Shown in pieces: positions 18,931 to 28,540 of a stretch of DNA of 64,000 nucleotides (the stretch's first letter is position 1; the number at the start of each line of letters is the position of its first letter). Under the pieces are notes generated by a model. That model did not search any database. It worked only from the letters and a program-made list of their open reading frames with translations, and had not been told where the DNA came from. A program made the translations under genes and the position numbers. Location: contig JAJZPO010000004.1 of assembly GCA_021811155.1 (NCBI GenBank), forward strand, positions 1,963 through 65,962, written 5' to 3'. This DNA comes from Bacillota bacterium (lineage in GTDB: Bacteria > Bacillota > Desulfitobacteriia > Desulfitobacteriales > JAJXUE01).

Positions 18931-19819
18931 ACCTCACGAATTTATTGCTGAGTCGGCCAAGCTTCTCTATTTCCACCGTAACCTCGTCACCGTCTTTGAG
19001 CCAGACCCGCTGCTCCTCGGGGTAGCCCAGGATTACTCCTTCCGGCGTACCGGACAGGATGATGTCCCCCGGTTCCAGGGCCATATACTGCGAAACGTAG
19101 CTCACCAGCTCGGCACAGTCAAAAATCATGCAGGACGTGTTGGAATCCTGGCGCACTTCCCCGTTTACCAGGCTGCGAATGCCGAGGTTGCCGGGATCAC
19201 CCACCTCGTCAGAAGTCACCAGGTATGGACCCAAGGGACAGAACCCGTCGCAGGTCTTGCCCAGGAGCCACTGGCTGGAGCGGAACTGCAGGTCGCGGGC
19301 TGAGAGGTCATTGCCGTTGCAGTAGCCAAAAACATAATCCAGGGCTGCTTCCCTGCTCACCTTTTGGGCGGTCTTGCCGATGACAATCACCAGTTCCGCC
19401 TCATAGTCCACCTGGCTGGAAAGAGCGGGCAGGTTGATCACTTCATCCGGCCCTGAGACGGAGTTGTTAAACTTACTGAACAGGATTGGATAGGCGGGAA
19501 TCTCCATCTCTGCTTCCTGCGCATGTTTGCGGTAATTCAGGCCAACACATACGATTTTGCCCGGGTTGGGGACACAAGGTCCCAGTTCCAACCCCTCTTC
19601 CGGTCCAAACAGGTCCGGGGCCCCGGCTTGGACCCGCGCCACATACTCCTGCAACTCCCCGAGGGCCTCCTCCCCGCCTGCCAGTACCTGTTCAATACTC
19701 AAAGGCACATTATTTTGCGCCGGAAAGCGGCTCAATGCCTGCCTCAGGTTCAGGACTCCCCTGTCTGTCTTAATCCCCAGTTCCAAGCCGCGTTTTGTTT
19801 TTAATGTTAACAGCTTCAC
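18929..19819 (-). CDS. Fumarylacetoacetate hydrolase (FAH) family protein
   Basis: 296 aa, with FAH-fold sequence such as KIVCVGLNYRKHAQE, YEAELVIVIGK and GDIILSGTPEGV. Confidence 0.85.
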   Translation of the reverse strand: MKLLTLKTKRGLELGIKTDRGVLNLRQALSRFPAQNNVPLSIEQVLAGGEEALGELQEYVARVQAGAPDLFGPEEGLELGPCVPNPGKIVCVGLNYRKHAQEAEMEIPAYPILFSKFNNSVSGPDEVINLPALSSQVDYEAELVIVIGKTAQKVSREAALDYVFGYCNGNDLSARDLQFRSSQWLLGKTCDGFCPLGPYLVTSDEVGDPGNLGIRSLVNGEVRQDSNTSCMIFDCAELVSYVSQYMALEPGDIILSGTPEGVILGYPEEQRVWLKDGDEVTVEIEKLGRLSNKFVR

Positions 19820-19858
19820 TTCTACTCATCCCCCTGTATCTCCGCCCTCCGGCAGGAC

Positions 19859-20239
19859 TCATCCCTGAAACAGTTCAATCTTTTCGCCCGAAGGGCCCCG
19901 GAAAAAGAAATTGTACCTGCCCTCGCCCAAGGACATGGGCTCAGGCGTTAGCATCTCTGTTCCATGCTGCCGCAGCAGTTCCACAGCCGCGAAAATATCA
20001 CTCACCCTTAACGCCAGATGGTTGACCACCCCATCCGCATACTTTTCTCCGGCCTTGGCCTCAACCAGTTCCACCACGGTATCGCCCAATTTGACAAACA
20101 CCAGCTCCACGTCGCCAGGCTTGATGCGCTGCAGCAAGGAGAAGCCCAAAACCTCGGTGTAAAATTGAATGGCTTTCTCCATGTCCACAGCCTTGACCCC
20201 GATATGGTCGGCGCCAATAAACAAAGCTTGATTTGTCAC
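19859..20239 (-). CDS. VOC/glyoxalase-family protein (methylmalonyl-CoA epimerase-like)
   Basis: 126 aa. HIGVKAVDMEKAIQFYTEVLGF...HLALRV pattern. GTG start after AAGGAGA. Confidence 0.75.
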   Translation of the reverse strand: MTNQALFIGADHIGVKAVDMEKAIQFYTEVLGFSLLQRIKPGDVELVFVKLGDTVVELVEAKAGEKYADGVVNHLALRVSDIFAAVELLRQHGTEMLTPEPMSLGEGRYNFFFRGPSGEKIELFQG

Positions 20240-20351
20240 TTCAGTATCTCCTTCCGCAAGTTTTTCGCCTTTAATCTTTTCGACCCCAGTAATATGATTC
20301 TTTTCTAATTATGCACCCGATTTTCCTGCCTGACCCCTTCTTATTTTATTT

Positions 20352-20403
20352 CCAAAAGAAGACAAGAACCGGAATATGCTTCCCAGTTCTTGTCTTCTTT
20401 TGG
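20352..20403. terminator. Bidirectional terminator after the PNPOx-like gene
   Basis: Perfect 16-bp stem AAAAGAAGACAAGAAC / GTTCTTGTCTTCTTTT, extended by CC/GG. Confidence 0.75.
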
Positions 20404-20415
20404 CCAGGACTTAAA

Positions 20416-20910
20416 CTAATCCGGGCCGGAACCGTTCAGTTCAGCCTCATTCGGGCTGAGCCGCAGCTCAAACCGCTCCCCGAACACCCTGCTGTTGTCC
20501 GTAAACTTCAGCGCTTCGGGTACCAGGCAGTGCCAGCGGGCCTTGGCGACCCCCTTAAAGGCGCCAGGCTTTTGCAGGATCTGCTTCACATCAGGAAACT
20601 TCTGGCAGTAAGCGGCCAGCGCGCGGGCGCTTTCCCTGAACCCCGCCAGGCCAGCCCTCCCCTGCAGCTGCAGTCCCTGGATTGTGCGCCAGTCATGATG
20701 GTCTTCAGTGACTGCGGCAGCCGCCACGGGGCTTTGCTGCAGGTTGAGACTGTGCCTGGTGGTCGGTTCAGACAGAAAGTACAGCTTAAACCCAAGGTTG
20801 ACGTAAAAGACAGGGGTTGCCCAGGGACCATCACTTCCCCAAGTGGAGAGAATCATTGTGCTGTGTTCAGACAAGTAATTTAAAATGCGCTGTTCAGCTT
20901 CTGTGGGCAA
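20416..20910 (-). CDS. Pyridoxamine 5'-phosphate oxidase-like FMN-binding split-barrel protein
   Basis: 164 aa. STMILSTWGSDGPWATPVFY...LYFLSEPTTRH pattern. TTG start 21 nt after the UbiD-like stop. Confidence 0.7.
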   Translation of the reverse strand: MPTEAEQRILNYLSEHSTMILSTWGSDGPWATPVFYVNLGFKLYFLSEPTTRHSLNLQQSPVAAAAVTEDHHDWRTIQGLQLQGRAGLAGFRESARALAAYCQKFPDVKQILQKPGAFKGVAKARWHCLVPEALKFTDNSRVFGERFELRLSPNEAELNGSGPD

Positions 20911-20931
20911 GGCAACCCCGCCTTCGTCAGC

Positions 20932-22347
20932 TTAGCTGTCGAAACCATAATCCTTCCATTTTCTGAGCACGGTTTCCAGCATAGAGTCTGACAGTTTAAT
21001 GTCGATGGGCTTTTCTTCCCATTCATAGGGTATACATGTGTCCATAATAATCCTGGAGGTGATATCCCGGTCCGAAATGGGCAGGGACGGATCCAGAGGC
21101 GTTGACCTGCCGCGGTCAATGATCTGCACCCCGCGCGCTGGGGACATCCTGGTGCTGATAGCCCAGATTACCCGGCCCATGTCATCCGCCGGAATGTCGT
21201 CGTCCACCACAACCACAACCTTCAGGCCGTAAGACCCGGTGGAGGTGGCGATTACAGCATTCCCCACATGGTTGGAGTGACCGGGGTACATCTGTTTAAC
21301 CGAAACCACCGCCATGAAACGGCCGGCTGACTCGGGCGGGATATAGACCGATTTGATGCCGGGGATTTTCATGGCCTCCAGGTCCGCCCACAGGGTAGAG
21401 GTGCGGTTCATGGCCTGGATCATGTGGGTGTCGGTTACGGGACGGCCCACCGTAGTGGCGTGGAAGACCATGTCATTGCGGTAGGTCACCGCTTTGACGT
21501 TGATGTAGTGGCGGGGAACCGTGCCTTTGCCGGAATAATAGCCGGTGTACTCGCCGAAGGGTCCTTCCTCCCGCAGCTCTTCAGGCCAGAGTTCACCTTC
21601 GATGACCATTTCAGCCGCGGCCGGAATAGGCAGGTCCACGAACTCCCCTTTAACAACCTCAACAGGCGAGCCGCCCAGGGCGCCGATATAATTATACTCG
21701 TCCTCACCGGCCCCAATCAAGGTGCTTGAGGCCAGGAACATCAAGGGGTCATAGCCTATCACAGCAGCTATTTGCATGGGCTTGTTCAGTTTGGCATACT
21801 TCATGCGGTGCAGGTCCCCGTGCTTGCCTTTGATGAGCTGGATGCCGCATGTATTCTTGTCCAGGATCTGCATGCGGTAGGTCCCCAGGTTCACCCAGCC
21901 CGTATCCGGGTCCTTGGTGATGACGCTGACAAAGGTGCCGATGTAGCGGCCGCCATCCAATTCATAGAATTTAGGCACCGGGAACTTAAATAGGTCGATA
22001 TCATCGCCCTTATCGATATTTTCCTTTACCGGGCCGGTTTCTACCCATACGGGCGGAACCAGTTCCTTGGTCCTGTCCACCCATTCCCTGGCCATCTGGC
22101 TCAGGGTGGTTTCCAGTGGCATGTGCATGGCCATGGATAAGCGCTGGGTGGTGGAGAGGGCGCTGACAAACACCGGAGTCTTATACCCTTTGACATTTTC
22201 GAACAGCAAAGCGGGGCCGTTTTTCTCCTCATTCACTTTGGCGATGTGGGAGATTTCCAGGTTCCAGTCAACTTCGGCCTTGATCCGCATCAATTGTCCC
22301 TCAGCCTCCAGCCGGTTCAGAAAACCCCTCAAATCCGTTACTGCCAT
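20932..22347 (-). CDS. UbiD-family (prFMN-dependent) carboxylase/decarboxylase, phenylphosphate-carboxylase-like
   Basis: 471 aa. Typical UbiD features: LLFENVKGY, GTYRMQ, EGPFGEYTGYY. Confidence 0.9.
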   Translation of the reverse strand: MAVTDLRGFLNRLEAEGQLMRIKAEVDWNLEISHIAKVNEEKNGPALLFENVKGYKTPVFVSALSTTQRLSMAMHMPLETTLSQMAREWVDRTKELVPPVWVETGPVKENIDKGDDIDLFKFPVPKFYELDGGRYIGTFVSVITKDPDTGWVNLGTYRMQILDKNTCGIQLIKGKHGDLHRMKYAKLNKPMQIAAVIGYDPLMFLASSTLIGAGEDEYNYIGALGGSPVEVVKGEFVDLPIPAAAEMVIEGELWPEELREEGPFGEYTGYYSGKGTVPRHYINVKAVTYRNDMVFHATTVGRPVTDTHMIQAMNRTSTLWADLEAMKIPGIKSVYIPPESAGRFMAVVSVKQMYPGHSNHVGNAVIATSTGSYGLKVVVVVDDDIPADDMGRVIWAISTRMSPARGVQIIDRGRSTPLDPSLPISDRDITSRIIMDTCIPYEWEEKPIDIKLSDSMLETVLRKWKDYGFDS

Positions 22348-22419
22348 ACTTGAATCAACCTCCTTGCTCTTTGCAAAAATATTACTTAGCGGTGACCTAA
22401 AACGCCCACCACAAGTCCC

Positions 22420-23424
22420 TTAGGCGTTTTTCACCTGGCCGGGGGCTGAGCCCCAAACTGTCACGGGCCTGCTCTGCAAAATCAGCAGGTTTTTGGGGAA
22501 CCTCAGGTCTTTGTCAATGGCCCATTCGATATCCTGCGGTTTGCCATAATGCTCTTCGATGGACATGGCCGCTTGAGCAATCGCCTTAATCTCCATGTTG
22601 GTCAGGCTGGAAGCAGTCTGTCTGTCTTTGGCTACCTCCTGCTGCACAGTCTCCCCGCTTTCAGGATGCCGGATAAATTCAGTCAGCTTGGGTGAAATCC
22701 AGCGTTCCCTGATTTCCAGGGTAGCCTTGTCTACCACAAAGTGGTCAGGGGTAACGAAGCCGCCCACAATTCCTTCTCCCAGGCCCCATGCCGCGTCAAT
22801 CACTACTTTGCTGCGGTCGCCGCTTACCGGGTCCACGGTAAAGGCAACCCCGGAAGCCTTGGAATTGACCATTTTTTGCACCACCACGGCCATAGCTTCC
22901 TGTTCCATACTGATTTCCTTAGATGACCGGTAGTGCAAGGCATGGACAGAGAACAAGCTGGCCCAACATTTAAGGGTTTTCTCCAACACATCCTCTACGC
23001 CTGAGACATTGAGGAAGGTTTCATGCTGCCCTGCAAAGCTTGTAGCAGAACTATCCTCCATAGTGGCGCTGGAACGAACGGCTACCAGGGGGGTGCCACC
23101 TATCCTGAGCCCCAATTGCTGATAGGCGTCCCTGACAGCTGATTCCACCTGTAATGGGAGCCGCGCATTGAGGATATAGGAATCAAGAAACTCTTTGACC
23201 TGTTCGAGCGCTGCTTCATCCATGCCGGATAACCCCTGCTTCAATATCTCATTGAGTTTTTGATTGACCCCGCTGGTATCAGCAAATACGCGGTAAGCGT
23301 TTACCGTAATGGAGAACCCGGGCGGGACTTGCTTACCCGCTTTACTCAGTTCTCCCAAACTGGCGCTTTTACCCCCTACAAGAGGCACATCATTTATCGT
23401 GCATTCTTCGAGCCACTTAATCAT
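22420..23424 (-). CDS. PEP-synthase-type ATP-grasp nucleotide-binding subunit (phenylphosphate synthase PpsB-like)
   Basis: VPLVGGKSASLGEL...VAVRSSATMEDS...FAGQHETFLNV. Preferred ATG 23424 after AAGGAGG. Confidence 0.8.
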   Translation of the reverse strand: MIKWLEECTINDVPLVGGKSASLGELSKAGKQVPPGFSITVNAYRVFADTSGVNQKLNEILKQGLSGMDEAALEQVKEFLDSYILNARLPLQVESAVRDAYQQLGLRIGGTPLVAVRSSATMEDSSATSFAGQHETFLNVSGVEDVLEKTLKCWASLFSVHALHYRSSKEISMEQEAMAVVVQKMVNSKASGVAFTVDPVSGDRSKVVIDAAWGLGEGIVGGFVTPDHFVVDKATLEIRERWISPKLTEFIRHPESGETVQQEVAKDRQTASSLTNMEIKAIAQAAMSIEEHYGKPQDIEWAIDKDLRFPKNLLILQSRPVTVWGSAPGQVKNA

Positions 23425-23437
23425 TGTCAAAACCTCC

Positions 23438-25159
23438 TTAATCCGAAAGGATCTCAACCACTCCTTTTGTGCCATTTATCCGGACCTTCATGCCTGTTTT
23501 GATGCCTTCGGTCACTTTTTTACCCCGGGTGATGGTGCCTACCACAGCGGGAATGTTATACTCACGCGCGCAGATTGCCGCATGGGCCAGCATACCGCCG
23601 CTGTCTGTAGCCACTCCATTGATTTTGGAGAACAGCGGTGTCCAGGCCGGAGTGGTAAACGGTGCAATCAGCACGTCGCCAGGCATGACCTGGGAGAAAC
23701 CTTCATGGCCAAAAATTACCCTGGCTGTTCCTTCTATGATTCCAGGGGCGCCCGGGAAGCCTTCGTACCTGTTTTCCACGTCGAGTTCAGGTACGGCCTG
23801 GCCTCTGATAACCTCATTGGTCATACCCCAGATCTTGATAAATACCGGATCATCCACCCGGCCCTCGGGCACCGTGCCGATAATGGTGGGCGCTTTCACA
23901 CTGTGCAGCGCCTGCCAGACGGCCTTGCGCCGCTCCACCATGCTCTTCACCCGCGGCTGGTGCTGGGCAATGGCAATTTTTTTATTCAAGTCGATATCAT
24001 CCAGGACCTCTTCCAGCTCATCAATGGTCATGAAAAACACATCGTCACTCTCGGCAAAGAATCCCCAGTGGGCCAGGCGGCGGCCGCATTCCTGGATGGC
24101 ATAGCGCAGCTCGGAGTAGGTCCACTGCTCCACATAGAAGTTGTGGTCTTCGTTAAAGGGATAGGAATACTGAGCATGCTTTAGGGCCTGCAGGAATTCC
24201 TCCCTGTCCTCAGCGGGAATTTCATTTACGGTCTTGGCGATGTACTCGTCTCTCTCCTGGATGATCTTTTTGGTGTGCTCTTCGAAGTCAAAGCCGCCTT
24301 TCAGGATGTAAGTCTGAATCGTGGAAAAAGCGGGCATGGGATCTTCGATCCAGGTTTGATAGTAGGGATCAAAGAGAGCAGCAGTGGTTCTCCGTCCGTA
24401 TTTGGCCAGGAAATCGTTGAACTTGCCCAGCCACAGCTTGCCTTTTGTGCTGCCGCCAAGCCGTTCTTCCAGCTCTGCCTGGGTTGAAATCTCATTGAAT
24501 TCCTCCACCAGTTCCAGTTCGCCGGCCAAATCCGCCAGACGCCAAAGCCCCCGGTCGATTTCATACATCTTGGTCTCAAACCCCTGCAGGAAAGTCCGCA
24601 TCTGCCTTTCTTCGATGCCGTGCTTCTGGCAGATCGCCTCGAAAGTCATGTAGGCGAAGATGGAGGGATACATGGCGATGAAGTGCAGTTCCCAACTGCG
24701 TTTGGAGATTTTTACTGCATCTTTCAGTACTGTAATCAGCCGGTCCAGGGGCAGGCTTTTTTTGTCAATCCCCTTCAGGTAGCTGAGGGATGCAGTCCAC
24801 TCCTCCACCATGGCCGCATAGCGGTCAGGCCAGTTGTCCAGGGTATCTTTGAGTTTGGCTCCAAATTCAGGCTCTTTGGCCTTAATCACTTCGGGGTCGG
24901 TGATGGGCACAGGACCCGGGTAGATGCGGCCGTAATACAGGACATAATCAAACCCCTCTGAATAAGGGAAGGAAAAAAACTCCGAAGCGACACGAGTTCC
25001 CCGCGGCCAGTGATAGACCGATGCCCCCATAGGGCTGATGGGAGGGTTGTTGTGCAGGTTGTCATGGAACCATAGTCTTTGGACGTCCGCTTCACGGTAG
25101 GCCCTTTCCGGCAGCCACTCCACTTGATGGTCGGCAAATTCCAGGTTTTCGCTGTTCAA
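23438..25159 (-). CDS. PpsA-like subunit: large N-terminal domain plus C-terminal PEP-utilizer swivel phosphohistidine domain
   Basis: C-terminus GDVLIAPFTTPAWTPLF...TDSGGMLAHAAICAREYNIPAVVG. No ATP-grasp domain. TTG start after AAGGAGGAG. Confidence 0.75.
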   Translation of the reverse strand: MNSENLEFADHQVEWLPERAYREADVQRLWFHDNLHNNPPISPMGASVYHWPRGTRVASEFFSFPYSEGFDYVLYYGRIYPGPVPITDPEVIKAKEPEFGAKLKDTLDNWPDRYAAMVEEWTASLSYLKGIDKKSLPLDRLITVLKDAVKISKRSWELHFIAMYPSIFAYMTFEAICQKHGIEERQMRTFLQGFETKMYEIDRGLWRLADLAGELELVEEFNEISTQAELEERLGGSTKGKLWLGKFNDFLAKYGRRTTAALFDPYYQTWIEDPMPAFSTIQTYILKGGFDFEEHTKKIIQERDEYIAKTVNEIPAEDREEFLQALKHAQYSYPFNEDHNFYVEQWTYSELRYAIQECGRRLAHWGFFAESDDVFFMTIDELEEVLDDIDLNKKIAIAQHQPRVKSMVERRKAVWQALHSVKAPTIIGTVPEGRVDDPVFIKIWGMTNEVIRGQAVPELDVENRYEGFPGAPGIIEGTARVIFGHEGFSQVMPGDVLIAPFTTPAWTPLFSKINGVATDSGGMLAHAAICAREYNIPAVVGTITRGKKVTEGIKTGMKVRINGTKGVVEILSD

Positions 25160-25376
25160 TTGATTCTCCTCCTTAATTTTTCTTTTCAGTCCACTCTGCT
25201 CTTTGCGTGCCCATGGGCCTTCGGCCCTGGGCTGAAATTGGGAAACCGCGAGGAAAGAACTGCGAATATTCTGGAAACTCTAGTGGGACTATCGGGCGTG
25301 ATGGTTGTTTTCCAAATCACCTCCCCAGGCTTGAATTACCCGGCCTGGCCCCGGAATGGGCTTCACCCCGTCCTGC

Positions 25377-27035
25377 TTAACCTGCTATTTTTCCTTCTTC
25401 TTTTAATTTCTCGGCGATTATCTCCCGCAGCGCCTTCTTGTTGATTTTGGAGTCTGAGGCGAGAGGGAAGGCGTCCACTATTTCCAGCCGCTCCGGTAGT
25501 TTATAGGGCGCCAGCTTTTTGCTTTTCAGATAATCCACCATTTCCGCAAAGGTCAGAAATTCCTCGTTCTGGCTGGGGATGACAAAAGCGCAGGCCTTTT
25601 CGCCCATAATCGGATCGGGCATAGCCACAACCGCCACATTGGACACTTTGTCATGGGCCATCAGGGCATTTTCGATCTCGCCGGGATAAATATTCTGGCC
25701 GCCGCGGATGATGATGTCTTTTTTCCGGCCGGCGATGATGATAAAACCGTCTTCATCGATTTTGGCCAAATCCCCCGGGGAAGCCCAGCCCTCGCTGTCA
25801 TAGGCTTCGGAAAAGGTCTTTTCCGGGTCGCGGTAGTACCCGCTGGAATTTTGCGGACCGCGGAAGTACAGCTGTCCCACCTCGCCCTGGGGCAGCGCTT
25901 TCCCGTTGTCATCGGCAATTTTTATTTCATTACCCGGCAGGGGCCTGCCGACACTGGAGCGGCGTTTTTCCGCCGGGTCGTTCAGGTTGTTGCCGGAAAC
26001 CGAACCCGTGTCCTGGGAGCCGTAAGTACTGAGGATCGGGCCATGAAAGCGCCTTTCCACTTCTTCCGCCAAAGTTGGGTTCAGGTAACCGCCTGAGCAG
26101 CGAGCAGCCCTAATCGAGCTGAGGTCGTAATCTTCCACCGCTTCCTGCATCATCTGGGCCAACTGGGCCGGCACAACGCAGGGGATGGTTACCTTTTCCT
26201 TTACGAAAAATTCCAGGGCATCCTTGGCGTTGTACTCATACAAGAGGGCAATTTTCGACGCCACCTGGGGGGCGCAGAAATAGGTGGGAGTTCCGCCTGG
26301 GGAACCGGCCCAGGGAGCCACCGCGCAGACCACGTCATCAGGACCGAGCCGCCAGTTTTTGCAGTGGGTTTTTGTACTCCAGAGGCGGGCTGCCAGGGTT
26401 TGCTCCACCACCTTGGGAACACCTGTGGTCCCGGTTGTGGTCGTAAGGAAACCTACATGGGTGGGATCCAGCCGCCGGGAAGCAAGGTAGTCGGCGGGAT
26501 ATTTTTCTTCTATGGGGGTGCTGACGATTCCGTCAAAGGATATGGCGCCTGCCGGCAGATCCGGTCCGATCACGATCAGGTTTTTGAGCAAAGGCAGGGA
26601 CTCCTGTACTTCCTTATACATGGCGTAGTAATCGAAATTGCGGTAAGTGGAGGGAATTACCACAGTAGTTGCTTCGATGAGTCCGAGGATTTCCTGCAGT
26701 TCCTTGTGCCGCAGGGTATGCATCAGGGTCATGGCAATGATGCCGGCCTTTTCACAGGCTGCCCGGGCTACGAACCCTTCCACACAGTTAGGCAGTTGGA
26801 TGGCTACCCGGGCGTCTTTGGGAATTCCCATCTCCACAAAGGTCAGGGCGACCCTGTCCATTTGCTGTTTGGCCTGGGCCCAGGTCAAGCGTCCCCCTTT
26901 GGAATCCACCAGGGCCTCTTTGTCCGGATATTCCCTGGCATTCTTCTCCCAGAAGTCGGAGAATACCTGGTCAGTCCAATACCCCTTGGCCCTGAAGTCA
27001 TCTACTTCCTGCTGGCTGTACCTAACCGGCTGCAT
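25377..27035 (-). CDS. Aryl-acid AMP/CoA ligase (EntE/DhbE-like adenylate-forming enzyme)
   Basis: 552 aa. N-terminus FRAKGYWTDQVFSDFW resembles EntE-type aryl-acid ligases. Contains TTGTTGVPK and GDLAKIDEDGF motifs. Confidence 0.85.
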   Translation of the reverse strand: MQPVRYSQQEVDDFRAKGYWTDQVFSDFWEKNAREYPDKEALVDSKGGRLTWAQAKQQMDRVALTFVEMGIPKDARVAIQLPNCVEGFVARAACEKAGIIAMTLMHTLRHKELQEILGLIEATTVVIPSTYRNFDYYAMYKEVQESLPLLKNLIVIGPDLPAGAISFDGIVSTPIEEKYPADYLASRRLDPTHVGFLTTTTGTTGVPKVVEQTLAARLWSTKTHCKNWRLGPDDVVCAVAPWAGSPGGTPTYFCAPQVASKIALLYEYNAKDALEFFVKEKVTIPCVVPAQLAQMMQEAVEDYDLSSIRAARCSGGYLNPTLAEEVERRFHGPILSTYGSQDTGSVSGNNLNDPAEKRRSSVGRPLPGNEIKIADDNGKALPQGEVGQLYFRGPQNSSGYYRDPEKTFSEAYDSEGWASPGDLAKIDEDGFIIIAGRKKDIIIRGGQNIYPGEIENALMAHDKVSNVAVVAMPDPIMGEKACAFVIPSQNEEFLTFAEMVDYLKSKKLAPYKLPERLEIVDAFPLASDSKINKKALREIIAEKLKEEGKIAG

Positions 27036-28272
27036 ACTTGCTATTCCCCCTTAATTCCATTAATTCCAGGAAAGCTTCAACCACCGCTTTACCAAATTCC
27101 GGCTCGTCAATATTGGCGTCTATTTCCCTTATTTCCACCTCGTCCTTAAGCAGGCGCCTCAGTTCCTGTGCGAAAATCTGATCACTTTCCGGTTCATAAA
27201 CAGAGGCCCCCTCGGCATCGAAGGATGACCAACCCCGCTGCGGCATGAGGAACTTTACCGGCCCCTTGGCCAGATTTAGTTTTCTTGCCATCTCCCCGGC
27301 CACAAGGACCAACTCTTCCCGGCTCAGGCGGAGGAAGGTCCGCAGTGAGTCCAGGTCGTACTTTTTCCGCTGGTAGTAATCCGGTTTGTACTTGCTTCTG
27401 GGCGGTGTCATCAGGTTGACGGCACAAGGCGCTATAACTTGCGGCAAACCCTTCAGTCCGGCAGCTTCCAGCCGTTCCCGACCCGCCGCCCTGGTACCGC
27501 CGAGGATTTCCTCACCGACCCCGCCGGGCGCCAAATCGATGACCGCACTGAACATGCCCTCTGTTGCAATCATGTCTTCCATAGCCTTGTCGGCAACCCC
27601 CGTGGCGGAAAACCCGATAACCTGATAGCCTTCTTCCTCCAGCCTGCTGCGCACAAAGGCTGCAGTTCTCTCGCACATGCTTAGCATGGTCATGGCAATC
27701 AAACCTTTACCGCGGCGGCTTTCTCTGAGCAGCTCGCCGCTCTTTTCCACCATGCCTGCAATGGCTCCGGCGGCCCGAGTCAGAATATCGCCTGTCAGAT
27801 CGTTTAAGCCGGTAAAATCCACTACGGAATGCAGAATGGCAATGTCTGATGCGCCAAAATAACGGCTGGCCAGGCCCCGGGACGCAGCCACACTGGACAC
27901 CATCAGCTTAGGAACCCCGAAGGGCAGGACGCGCATGATATTGGTCTCCATCAGGGAATTGGTCGCTCCCCCGATGCCGATTACTCCGTGCACTTTGCCT
28001 GCTTCGTATAGTTCGCCCAGCTTGATACCGGCTCCGGTGGTCATGATCTCCCCCAGCTTTACCCGATCCTCGATGGCTGGGCCCGGCTCGCCGCCGCTCC
28101 CGAGCCTGAAAATTTCGTCCCTGCCAACATCAGCCGGAATTCCCGCAATTCCCCTGGTGCCAAGGTCCATGACCAAAGCGTTGCAGCCCCGGGCCTCAAT
28201 CTGTGCTTTCAGGTAGCTGGTCTCAGCCGCCTTGGTGTCAAGGGTGCTGATCACGGCAACAGTCTTTTTCAT
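27022..28272 (-). CDS. UPF0261 (Tm-1-like ATP-binding) family protein
   Basis: 416 aa. MKKTVAVISTLDTKAAE N-terminus is typical of UPF0261. Its stop overlaps the ligase start by 14 nt. Confidence 0.7.
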   Translation of the reverse strand: MKKTVAVISTLDTKAAETSYLKAQIEARGCNALVMDLGTRGIAGIPADVGRDEIFRLGSGGEPGPAIEDRVKLGEIMTTGAGIKLGELYEAGKVHGVIGIGGATNSLMETNIMRVLPFGVPKLMVSSVAASRGLASRYFGASDIAILHSVVDFTGLNDLTGDILTRAAGAIAGMVEKSGELLRESRRGKGLIAMTMLSMCERTAAFVRSRLEEEGYQVIGFSATGVADKAMEDMIATEGMFSAVIDLAPGGVGEEILGGTRAAGRERLEAAGLKGLPQVIAPCAVNLMTPPRSKYKPDYYQRKKYDLDSLRTFLRLSREELVLVAGEMARKLNLAKGPVKFLMPQRGWSSFDAEGASVYEPESDQIFAQELRRLLKDEVEIREIDANIDEPEFGKAVVEAFLELMELRGNSKYAAG

Positions 28273-28540
28273 CCGAATTCACCCCCTTCTCTCAGGTTTA
28301 TTCTGAATCTTGTGAATATTCGGAAAGATTATTGTCATAGTAACATAGGCCCGCCCCAAAAACTATGAGCATTTCGGGTAAAAATTGCAGCCGCTCCTTA
28401 GCTAAAACGGCTAAAAACCTCTGGCCCAAAATCGGTCCGTTTGACGTAAAAGGTGAAGAGTGCGGTTTTCACACCTCGGAAACAGGTAATTTGCCGTTAT
28501 CTGCAGCGATCCTTCCAGTCCGCCGCCTGTGCCATATCCA

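Noticed and set aside
23309-24184. Plus-strand ORFs of 200-360 aa, such as 23309..24184, 26364..27149, 30606..31694, 49396..50196 and 54649..55515
   Set aside because: All lie antisense to well-supported minus-strand genes. They have Arg/Pro/Gly-rich low-complexity translations typical of GC-rich shadow frames.
28273-28540. Sigma-54 promoter (TGGCAC seen on the minus strand near 28530) for the catabolic operon
   Set aside because: No TTGC element at the required 5-nt spacing (TGGCACaggcgGCGG). The adjacent regulator also lacks a sigma-54 AAA+ domain.
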